Shown piece by piece: positions 25,226 to 32,902 of a stretch of 64,000 nt of DNA; positions within the stretch are counted from its first letter, which is position 1; each line of letters begins with the position of its first letter. The stretch covers positions 14 through 64,013 of the forward strand of contig DAOTJI010000003.1 of the NCBI GenBank assembly GCA_035448625.1. Reading direction: 5' to 3'. The translations under genes and the position numbers were made by a program. The notes below the pieces were generated by a model. The model searched no databases and was not told where the DNA came from. It saw only the letters and a program-made list of their open reading frames with translations. This DNA comes from Smithellaceae bacterium (GTDB lineage Bacteria; Desulfobacterota; Syntrophia; Syntrophales; Smithellaceae).

Positions 25226-26965
25226 TCAGGCAACGATGGCCGCGTCCCTGATTTTAAGCTGAACGTCGGATGAACCGTTCCAGTAGTTGATCTGCGGCGA
25301 GAAAACCACGTCGAAGCTGGCCTGGTTGATCGCGCCCAGATATTTGCCCATGCCGAACCAAATAGCCTGGTGGGACGCGCTGTCGTCCACCACGCGCATT
25401 TTGAGGTGATTGTTGCCGACAATGACGGGGGAAGACGCCCTGATATTCCTGGTGCACAGCACCGGTTCGGGATTTTCACTGCCGAAGGGCGCGAGCATGG
25501 ACATCTGCCGGATCAGGTCGAGGCTGATGTCCTGCAGGCGGCATTCCGCGTCGATCAGGGTCTGGGAAACCATTTCCGAGGATTGCACCGAATTGCGGAT
25601 AATTTCGTCCAGCATGCAGGCGAATTCATCGATGTCGTCTTCCTTGATGGAAATGCCCGCCGCCCGGTAGTGGCCGCCGTAGGACAAGAGCAGCGGCGCG
25701 CACTGCTGCAGGCCTTTGTGGATGTTGAAATCGGAGACGCTGCGGCCGGAACCTTTGCCCACGCCGTCCTTGAGGCTGATGACGAAGGTCGGACGGCTGA
25801 AGAGATCCACCAGGCGCGAGGCCACGATGCCCACAACCCCGGGGTGCCATCTTTCGGAGGAAAAGACCAGCGCGTTGATGTTTTCCAGGTCGGGCTTGGC
25901 GCCGAGCTTTTCCAGGATTTCGTTCAGAATGTCTTTTTCCATGGCCTGCCGTCTGCGGTTGTGCAAATCCAGCTTCTCCGCGAGCGGCCGGGCTTCTTCC
26001 ATCGTTTCCGCCAGCAGAAGCTCGACGGCATCTAGCGGCGAAGCGATTCTTCCCGCCGCGTTGATGCGGGGGATCAGGCAGAAGGACGCTTTGAAGGAGT
26101 CGATGAGCTGTCCGTCAATGCCGCTGACTTCCTTGAGCGCTTTGATTCCGGGGCGTCTGCCTTCCGTGATCAGATCCAGGCCGATTCTGGCAAAGATGCG
26201 GTTTTCATTCAGAAGCGGTGCGATGTCTCCAATGGTTCCCAGGGCAACGACATCCAGAAATTCTTTCAGGTTCGGATATTCGGCGTTTTTCCAGAAGCCT
26301 TCCTTGCGCAACGTTCCGCGAAGCGCGATCAGAAAATTGAAGGCGATGCCCACACCGGCCAGATGTTTGAAGGGAAAAGAACAGTCGGCGCGGTTGGGAT
26401 TGATGCAGGCGGCGGCGGGGGGGAGCTGATCACCGATTTCATGATGGTCCAGCACGATCGTATCGATACCCACGGATTGGGCGTAGGCGATGGGTTCGAT
26501 GTCGGAGATTCCGCAATCCACGGTGACGATCAGTTTTACATTCTTTTGTCTGAACCGGTCGATGACCGGAATCTTCAGTCCGTAGCCTTCCTGAACCCGG
26601 TCGGGAATGTAATAGGAGACGCGACCGGTCAACTGTTTGATGAATTTGTACAGGATAACAACGGAAGTAATTCCGTCCGCGTCGTAGTCGCCGTAAATGA
26701 CGATATCTTCGCCGTCGTAAATCGCCTTCAGCAACCGGCTGACCCCTTTTTTCATGTCCTGCATCAGAAAAGGGCTGTGCAGGTCGTTGAGGGAAGGGTG
26801 CAGATAGCGGTGTGCGTCTTCCACGCTTCCGACGCGCCGGTTCAGGATCAACTGGGAAATAATCGGGTGGATGCCGAATTCCCTGACCAGTGATTCTTCT
26901 ATGATTTTAGGGCCGGAACCTTTGATTTTCCATTGTGTTACCGGCAGCTGTCCGTGTTCATTCAT
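25226..26965 (-). CDS. recJ: Single-stranded-DNA-specific exonuclease RecJ
   Basis: 579 aa with DHH-family motifs GDYDADGITS, VDCG and LDHHE. Confidence 0.9.
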   Translation of the reverse strand: MNEHGQLPVTQWKIKGSGPKIIEESLVREFGIHPIISQLILNRRVGSVEDAHRYLHPSLNDLHSPFLMQDMKKGVSRLLKAIYDGEDIVIYGDYDADGITSVVILYKFIKQLTGRVSYYIPDRVQEGYGLKIPVIDRFRQKNVKLIVTVDCGISDIEPIAYAQSVGIDTIVLDHHEIGDQLPPAAACINPNRADCSFPFKHLAGVGIAFNFLIALRGTLRKEGFWKNAEYPNLKEFLDVVALGTIGDIAPLLNENRIFARIGLDLITEGRRPGIKALKEVSGIDGQLIDSFKASFCLIPRINAAGRIASPLDAVELLLAETMEEARPLAEKLDLHNRRRQAMEKDILNEILEKLGAKPDLENINALVFSSERWHPGVVGIVASRLVDLFSRPTFVISLKDGVGKGSGRSVSDFNIHKGLQQCAPLLLSYGGHYRAAGISIKEDDIDEFACMLDEIIRNSVQSSEMVSQTLIDAECRLQDISLDLIRQMSMLAPFGSENPEPVLCTRNIRASSPVIVGNNHLKMRVVDDSASHQAIWFGMGKYLGAINQASFDVVFSPQINYWNGSSDVQLKIRDAAIVA

Positions 26966-27118
26966 GCTCTCTTCTTTGATATTTCATTTCATTGCAATCA
27001 TATCAGCGGGAATGGATATGTCAAGCGTCTTCATTCATATTCCGCGGCGTTCTTGATCTTTAAAAGGATAAGTGTTAATCGTTTCGGAAAATAAGCAACG
27101 AGTCGATAAGGCTTTCCC

Positions 27119-27907
27119 ATGCTGATGCTAACCCATACCTGCCTGCTGCAGCAGATGATGAGCGCCTCCGGCATTCCAGATACGGATCCGGATATCTACA
27201 TTTACAATATCGCTCCGGATTTACTGACGATTCATCCTGATATCGACCCCAGGCAGACCCATTCCATTCCCCGATTCATCGAGGCGCCGCCCGATCACCG
27301 GCGCACCGCCTACATCATGTTTCATCTGCTGGTGGACGATCTGGCCCACTACGGCAGCATCTCGATGATCTGTCAGGAAGGTTTCGATCCGGATTCCTCC
27401 GGCTACACCTATCTGAAAGGGCGCAATTTTGTCCGCTCCATCATGGATCTGCACACCATCATCGGCAAGGACATCTCCTACAACGAGGCGGCGTATCGTT
27501 CTCATTTAATTATTGAAATGATCTATGATCTGATCATTTTGCCGCAAATCGACCGGAGCGGGTCCATCGATCTTCTGGAAGACGCCATTCATTTTACATT
27601 TGAGCGGCGGGAAAAAGAATTTTGCTCCGATATTTCCTGGCTTTACGGAATCGATCCCGAACAAAGCCGGGAGGTGCTGAAAATTGCCGTGTCTTACATT
27701 ACCGGGGAAAGGCTGAGAAGGATCATGAATATCGAAGGCCGGATTCGCCTTTTTACGGACAAATTCGGCCTTCGGAACAACAATGAGAGGTTTGCCGAAG
27801 CCATCGCAACTTTGTTTCAGAATGCCCTGGATTCCATTGAAAATGATGATTTTCTTCAGGAAACCGCCATGGCCATTCGGAACTGCGGCTGGCTTCCGAC
27901 GCGTTAA
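27119..27907 (+). CDS. Hypothetical protein
   Basis: 262-aa ORF with ordinary coding composition (not Arg/Gly/Pro-rich as the shadow ORFs are). I do not recognise a family. The RBS is weak and the start uncertain. Confidence 0.5.
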   Translation: MLMLTHTCLLQQMMSASGIPDTDPDIYIYNIAPDLLTIHPDIDPRQTHSIPRFIEAPPDHRRTAYIMFHLLVDDLAHYGSISMICQEGFDPDSSGYTYLKGRNFVRSIMDLHTIIGKDISYNEAAYRSHLIIEMIYDLIILPQIDRSGSIDLLEDAIHFTFERREKEFCSDISWLYGIDPEQSREVLKIAVSYITGERLRRIMNIEGRIRLFTDKFGLRNNNERFAEAIATLFQNALDSIENDDFLQETAMAIRNCGWLPTR

Positions 27908-28101
27908 CTTGCCTTTTTCACAAATCCGGAGTGGATGCAGCGCGTGCAAACTTTTACCCGCTTCACGGATCCCGTTTTTTCATCCACACAGCGTAATTTC
28001 TGCAGGTTCGGCCGCCAGATCACGCGGGTCTTGTTGTTGGCGTGGCTGACGTTGTTGCCGATGGCCGGTTTCTTTCCGCATACTTCACAAATCCGAGACA
28101 T
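27904..28101 (-). CDS. rpmB: 50S ribosomal protein L28
   Basis: 65 aa: [35 protein letters not shown]..., a clear L28 sequence. AAGGAG RBS. Confidence 0.9.
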   Translation of the reverse strand: MSRICEVCGKKPAIGNNVSHANNKTRVIWRPNLQKLRCVDEKTGSVKRVKVCTRCIHSGFVKKAS

Positions 28102-28142
28102 GACGAGACTCCTTTTAAAAAAGTGCGTCGTTACTAAGCCAG

Positions 28143-28169
28143 AATGCTTTATTTTGCAAGCATTTTTTT
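28143..28169 (+). terminator. Weak AT-rich terminator-like hairpin, + strand orientation only
   Basis: AATGCTT (28143-28149) / AAGCATT (28158-28164), then a T run to 28169. On the - strand it lacks a T tract. Confidence 0.3.
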
Positions 28170-28210
28170 ATTTCTCGCCGCCTTCAGCCTTCGGCCTTCA
28201 GTCGATTCAC

Positions 28211-29509
28211 CTAATTTTTCATCTCCGCCGGCTGACCGGTCGACTCCAGAACCCGAAACCAGAGGTTGCCGTCCGGATCGATCTGCCTTCCGGAGATCGC
28301 GGCCCAAAGCGGCAGATGAACATATTCATCCCCGCGCAGCGCCACCAGAAGGCCCGTTTTGCCCGCCATGGCGGCATGCACGGAATATTGCCCCAGGGAA
28401 CTGCAGTAGAGGCTGTCCGAAGCATTGGCCGGAACGGAGCGGATCATGTAGCTGGGTTCGATGTATTTCAAATTGATTTCCATGTTGATGCGGTGGAAAT
28501 AGTGATCGATGGCATTCTTCAGAAACATTCCGATATCGTGGAGCCGGACATTTCCGGAGGGATCCGTTTTCTTCTCCGGCTCGGTCTCCTCCATCAATTC
28601 CTGCCCCGCGCCTTCCGCCACCAGAATCACGGCGTGTCCGCTGGCTTTGAGTCTGTTTTCCAGGGCTTTCAGAAAACCCTTTTCGCCTTCCAGATCAAAC
28701 GGAACTTCGGGAATCAGGACAAAGTTGGCGTCTCCCTGGGCAAGGGCCGCTGTGGCGGTGATATAGCCGGACAGGCGTCCCATGATTTTCACCAAACCGA
28801 TTCCGTTGTAAGCGCCCTTGGCCTCGACATGCGCGCTGCCGACCGCTTCCACGGTTTTGGCGATGGCGGTATCGAAGCCGAAGGATTTCTCAATCAGGTT
28901 TAGATCGTTATCGATGGTTTTGGGGATTCCGATGACGGCGATCAGGGCCTTCCGGGCCTGAATCTCCTCCGTGATTTTTTCTGCGGCGCGCATGGTTCCG
29001 TCGCCGCCCACGCAAAAAAGAATGTCGATTTTCAAAAGCTCCAGGTAGTCCACCATCACCTTCACGTCCTGCGGGCCACGGGACGAGGAAAGGATGCTGC
29101 CGCCGATATGCGTGATGTCCTTGACGTAGTCGGGTGTGAGCCGGATTGGTATCTTGCCGTATTCCGGGTTCAATCCGCGCAGCCCGTATTTGATTCCCAA
29201 AACGTTTTTCACACCGTAGCGGTAAAACAGCGTCATGGTCACCGAGCGGATCACGTCGTTGATGCCCGGGCAGAGACCCCCGCACGTGACGATGGCAGCT
29301 TTCGTCCGGGCCGGATCAAAAAATATTTTTTTTCGCGGACCCGCCGGCTCCAGGGAAAGGGGCCTTCCGGCGGAATCTTTCAGGGCGTCGTAATTCTTCA
29401 GGCGGGTGTTGAACAGAATCCGGTCCTCATCCGAAACAAACCCGTTGATATTGAGCGGCGAATCGATGGTGCAGACGCCGAGGCCGGCAATGGTGAAATC
29501 ATGTTTCAT
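28211..29509 (-). CDS. pfk: 6-phosphofructokinase (long PfkA-family form; phosphoryl donor unresolved)
   Basis: 432 aa. It has GGDG (Gly as in ATP-type enzymes) but PKTIDND (Lys as in PPi-type enzymes). Confidence 0.85.
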   Translation of the reverse strand: MKHDFTIAGLGVCTIDSPLNINGFVSDEDRILFNTRLKNYDALKDSAGRPLSLEPAGPRKKIFFDPARTKAAIVTCGGLCPGINDVIRSVTMTLFYRYGVKNVLGIKYGLRGLNPEYGKIPIRLTPDYVKDITHIGGSILSSSRGPQDVKVMVDYLELLKIDILFCVGGDGTMRAAEKITEEIQARKALIAVIGIPKTIDNDLNLIEKSFGFDTAIAKTVEAVGSAHVEAKGAYNGIGLVKIMGRLSGYITATAALAQGDANFVLIPEVPFDLEGEKGFLKALENRLKASGHAVILVAEGAGQELMEETEPEKKTDPSGNVRLHDIGMFLKNAIDHYFHRINMEINLKYIEPSYMIRSVPANASDSLYCSSLGQYSVHAAMAGKTGLLVALRGDEYVHLPLWAAISGRQIDPDGNLWFRVLESTGQPAEMKN

Positions 29510-29513
29510 CAGA

Positions 29514-30956
29514 TCATTTCCCTTTCTGCAAGATCCTCAGCGCGGCATTTTTGCCGGAAAGGATCTCCGCTTCAAAACCGAAGTCCGCAAGCAGCGAAGC
29601 CCCGGTCAGAAAGATATTATTCCATTTGGTCCGGTCGCTCGCGGCTGAAAAAGAAGTGAAAAGAGCGTTGCGCACCTTGTATTTCGGGGACAGAACTTTG
29701 CGGCCGCTCAACGAAAGTTCGATGGATTTGTCCAGATCGTACAGTTCGATGCCTTCTTTCAAAAACGGGAAGAACTCCTCGAGGCGGACCAGGATGGATT
29801 CGGCATCCTCACTGAGCGCCCCCGGAGTCCAGACGGAATCCTCGGCCGGCAGGTAAACCGTGGCGGTTATGCAATTCTTTGCCTGCGACAGGGGCTTGTC
29901 TTTTTCAGGCATGCCGGTTTCCAGAAGGATCAGGTTGCGGTCGTAGAGGTCTTTTTGGACATCCGCTACGACAGCGATATGCCGGGCCATCGGTTCGGGC
30001 AGGAACTTTTCGCGAACGCCCAAAAAAAGCGTGAAGGGATAGCCGGCAATGGCCGCGGGACGGAACCTTTGCCAAAACGGGGAATGTCCGCGCTTGGCGT
30101 TGAGCAGGGGCAGCGCATCCGATTTTGTGCTCAGAATCAGGTAACGGCCGGTGGCCTGGGATGCCAAACCGTCCGGAGTTTTCATTTCCAGGGTGATCGT
30201 TTTCCCCCGGGCGATGGAAGTGACGGTATGCCGGCTCAGATACAGACCGCCGCAGGACTCCAGCAATCGGATCATCTCATTGAACAAAAACTGCTTCCCC
30301 TGCGGAAAACCGGCGATGCCGCGCAGCGGAGCGCTGTATTGAAAAGCGGAGGGGAAGGAAAACAAATCGTCCGTGTTGAGCGAGAGCAAAGCCTGCTGAG
30401 CCTCCCATACTTTTTCCAGCGCCGCGTCTTGCGACAGCAGCCGGTCAAAACGGGCTGCGGCAAATTTATACTGAAGCACAAAGGGAAATATTTTGAGGTA
30501 GGAAAAGTATTCTTTCAGGGTCTGGGGCTGAATCCGGGGATGTTCGGCAATCCAATCCTGAAAGACCAAGGAGGCTTCCCGCGCCGTGCCGTAAAAATCG
30601 CGGATGTCCGCCTCCCGTTCCGGAAATTCCCGGGCCAGTTCCGCAAAGAGCGAGTCGGGATCGTTGAAGAAATCGATTCGGTGGCAGGGGAGAAGCACCT
30701 GATACGCCGGGTTCATGGAGGTCGGATGACTTTCGGGAATTTCAACGCCCAGCTCGGCCAGAACGGAAAAGCCGGGCTGACCCGGACCGAGACCGGTCAT
30801 CGGAGCAGGATCAAGATGAAAAACAAAGTCCCCGATGAGCTGCACCCCGCCCAGACCGTCGGGGGCAACCAAAAGCGTCTTGAGGCCGTTTCGGCTCGCA
30901 TAGGCGGCAGCGACGTGGGAAGCGAGATCATCGCCCAGCACCAGCAAATCGTACAC
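29514..30956 (-). CDS. CrtI/amine-oxidase-like protein with a degenerate dinucleotide-binding motif
   Basis: GTG start at 30956 with GGAGG 7 nt upstream. The N-terminus VYDLLVLGDDLASHVAAAY replaces GxGxxG. The C-terminal FLTGASLL..G..SG is typical of the family. Confidence 0.6.
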   Translation of the reverse strand: MYDLLVLGDDLASHVAAAYASRNGLKTLLVAPDGLGGVQLIGDFVFHLDPAPMTGLGPGQPGFSVLAELGVEIPESHPTSMNPAYQVLLPCHRIDFFNDPDSLFAELAREFPEREADIRDFYGTAREASLVFQDWIAEHPRIQPQTLKEYFSYLKIFPFVLQYKFAAARFDRLLSQDAALEKVWEAQQALLSLNTDDLFSFPSAFQYSAPLRGIAGFPQGKQFLFNEMIRLLESCGGLYLSRHTVTSIARGKTITLEMKTPDGLASQATGRYLILSTKSDALPLLNAKRGHSPFWQRFRPAAIAGYPFTLFLGVREKFLPEPMARHIAVVADVQKDLYDRNLILLETGMPEKDKPLSQAKNCITATVYLPAEDSVWTPGALSEDAESILVRLEEFFPFLKEGIELYDLDKSIELSLSGRKVLSPKYKVRNALFTSFSAASDRTKWNNIFLTGASLLADFGFEAEILSGKNAALRILQKGK

Positions 30957-30993
30957 GAATGATCCTCCAAAATCCGACGGCGAAAAGCGGCTC

Positions 30994-31653
30994 TCAGACG
31001 TCCAGGGGCGGATTGAAGAGCGCGGCTTCACGGTTTTCCGCATCCTTGATCTCTACCCGGCGGCCGTTTCTGACGATGCGGCCTTGGGCGAAATAACGGA
31101 TGGCCTGCGGATAAATTCTGTGCTCTTCCTTTAATATCCGGGCCGCCAGCGCCTCCGCCGTATCGTCCGCGAAAACGGGGACCGCCGCCTGAATGATGAT
31201 CGGCCCCGTGTCCACGCCTTCATCGACAAAATGAACCGTGCATCCGGAAAACCGAACGCCGTAATCCAGCGCCTTCTGCTGAACGTGCGTTCCCGGGAAA
31301 GAAGGGAGCAGGGCGGGATGAATATTGATGATCCGATCCGGAAAAGCGCGCAGAAAAAGCGGCGTGAGGATGCGCATGAATCCGGCGAGCACCACCAGTT
31401 CGACGCCGGCACCCTGCAGAATGCGAAGCAGTTCGCGGTCAAACGCTTCCCGGCTTTCAAAATCCCGGTGGCTTACCACCGCGGTGGGAATCCGGTGTCT
31501 TTGCGCACGGGTCAGGCCGTAGGCATCGGAGCGGTTGCTGACCACCATGGTGATCCGGGCGTCCAGCGCCCCTTTTTCAATTTGATCGATGATGGACTGG
31601 AGGTTGGAGCCGCTGCCGGAAATCAGGACACCCAGCTTTAGAAGGTCTGCCAT
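30994..31653 (-). CDS. purN: Phosphoribosylglycinamide formyltransferase
   Basis: 219 aa with GSGSNLQSIID, HPALLPSFPG and the rest of the PurN pattern. Confidence 0.9.
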   Translation of the reverse strand: MADLLKLGVLISGSGSNLQSIIDQIEKGALDARITMVVSNRSDAYGLTRAQRHRIPTAVVSHRDFESREAFDRELLRILQGAGVELVVLAGFMRILTPLFLRAFPDRIINIHPALLPSFPGTHVQQKALDYGVRFSGCTVHFVDEGVDTGPIIIQAAVPVFADDTAEALAARILKEEHRIYPQAIRYFAQGRIVRNGRRVEIKDAENREAALFNPPLDV

Positions 31654-31662
31654 AGAAGAACC

Positions 31663-32730
31663 TTACAGATTCGTGAAACAGACCGGGGGCCCGTTTTCAT
31701 CGCGCTTCTCGATCGTTCCCATCAAAAAGGCGTTTTCCCCCAGTCCCTTGAGGCGGTCGAGAATTTCCTGCACTTCCTTTTCCGGAACGATCAGCATCAT
31801 GCCGATTCCCATGTTGAAGACGCGGAACATTTCCTGCTCCTCGACCTGGCCGATTTCCTGAATGACCGAAAAGACCGGCGGAACCGGCCAGCTTTCCTTC
31901 CGGATCACGCAGCGGCAGACTTCGGGAATCACGCGCGGAATGTTGTCGTAAAATCCGCCGCCTGTAATGTGAACGAGGCCTTTGATCTGAAAACTCTTGA
32001 ATATATTCAGGAGCGGCCGGACGTATATCCGGGTCGGCTCGAGCAACTCCTCACCGACGCTTCGCCCGAGTTCCGGAACACGGTCCTTCACGGAAAGTTT
32101 GCCTTTTTCCAGAAGCACACGGCGGGCCAGTGAGTAGCCGTTGCTGTGCAGGCCGCTGGAAGCCAGTCCGATCAAGCGGTCATTGATGCTGATGGTGGAG
32201 CCGTCGATGAGCTTCTCCGATTCCACCACCCCCACGCAGAACCCGGCCAGGTCGTATTCGCCGGGCGGATAGAATCCCGGCATTTCGGCCGTTTCCCCGC
32301 CCAGCAGCGCGCAACCGGCCTGTTTGCAGCCCTGAACGATGCCTTCCACGATCTGAACGCTTTTTTCCGTCTCGATTTTGCCGGTGGCCAGGTAATCCAG
32401 AAAGAACAAGGGCTCCGCTCCCTGAACGACCACGTCATTGACCGACATGGCCACCAGGTCGATGCCGATGGTATTGTGCCGGTCCATCAACTGCGCAATT
32501 TTCAGCTTGGTTCCGACGCCGTCGGTGGAGGAAACCAAAATGGGGTTTTTGGCCTTGGCGGTGTCAAAACGATACAAACCGCCGAAGCCGCCGATGCCGG
32601 AAAGAACTTCCTTGCGGGCCGTCGTTTTGATCAGGGGTTTGATGCGTTCGACAAAAGCATTGGCCGTTTCGATATCGACGCCGGATTCTTTATACGTAGA
32701 AACGTTTGATTTTACGGATTTTGTCGGCAT
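31663..32730 (-). CDS. purM: Phosphoribosylformylglycinamidine cyclo-ligase
   Basis: 355 aa with the AIR synthetase pattern (DGVGTKLK, GGETAEMPG). GGAGAC RBS. Confidence 0.9.
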   Translation of the reverse strand: MPTKSVKSNVSTYKESGVDIETANAFVERIKPLIKTTARKEVLSGIGGFGGLYRFDTAKAKNPILVSSTDGVGTKLKIAQLMDRHNTIGIDLVAMSVNDVVVQGAEPLFFLDYLATGKIETEKSVQIVEGIVQGCKQAGCALLGGETAEMPGFYPPGEYDLAGFCVGVVESEKLIDGSTISINDRLIGLASSGLHSNGYSLARRVLLEKGKLSVKDRVPELGRSVGEELLEPTRIYVRPLLNIFKSFQIKGLVHITGGGFYDNIPRVIPEVCRCVIRKESWPVPPVFSVIQEIGQVEEQEMFRVFNMGIGMMLIVPEKEVQEILDRLKGLGENAFLMGTIEKRDENGPPVCFTNL

Positions 32731-32780
32731 AGGTCTCCATGAAAACAGGTTGTATAATATTTTCGGTTCAGGACGAGAAC

Positions 32781-32809
32781 GATTTAACGTAAAACGTTTT
32801 GCGTGTCAA
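32781..32809 (-). promoter_or_regulatory. purMN promoter with an embedded LacI-type (PurR-box-like) palindromic operator
   Basis: On the - strand: TTGACA (32809-32804), spacer CGCAAAACGTTTTACGT, then TAAATC (32786-32781). The 18-bp palindrome ACGCAAAACGTTTTACGT (32804-32787) has 8 of 9 pairs symmetric. Confidence 0.5.
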
Positions 32810-32902
32810 TCCTCGACTTGCACAAACAGCATTTATTTGTTAAAAAACAAATCATTTCCAGGGATTTTTTTCCTGCGTCTTCCGTGTCCGGAGCATGATG
32901 AA

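Noticed and set aside
28180-28200. Three tandem heptamers GCCTTCA-GCCTTCG-GCCTTCA just downstream of the pfk stop.
   Set aside because: The repeat is very short, has no further copies that I could find, and has no associated structure or T tract. It is likely a slippage remnant of no demonstrable function.
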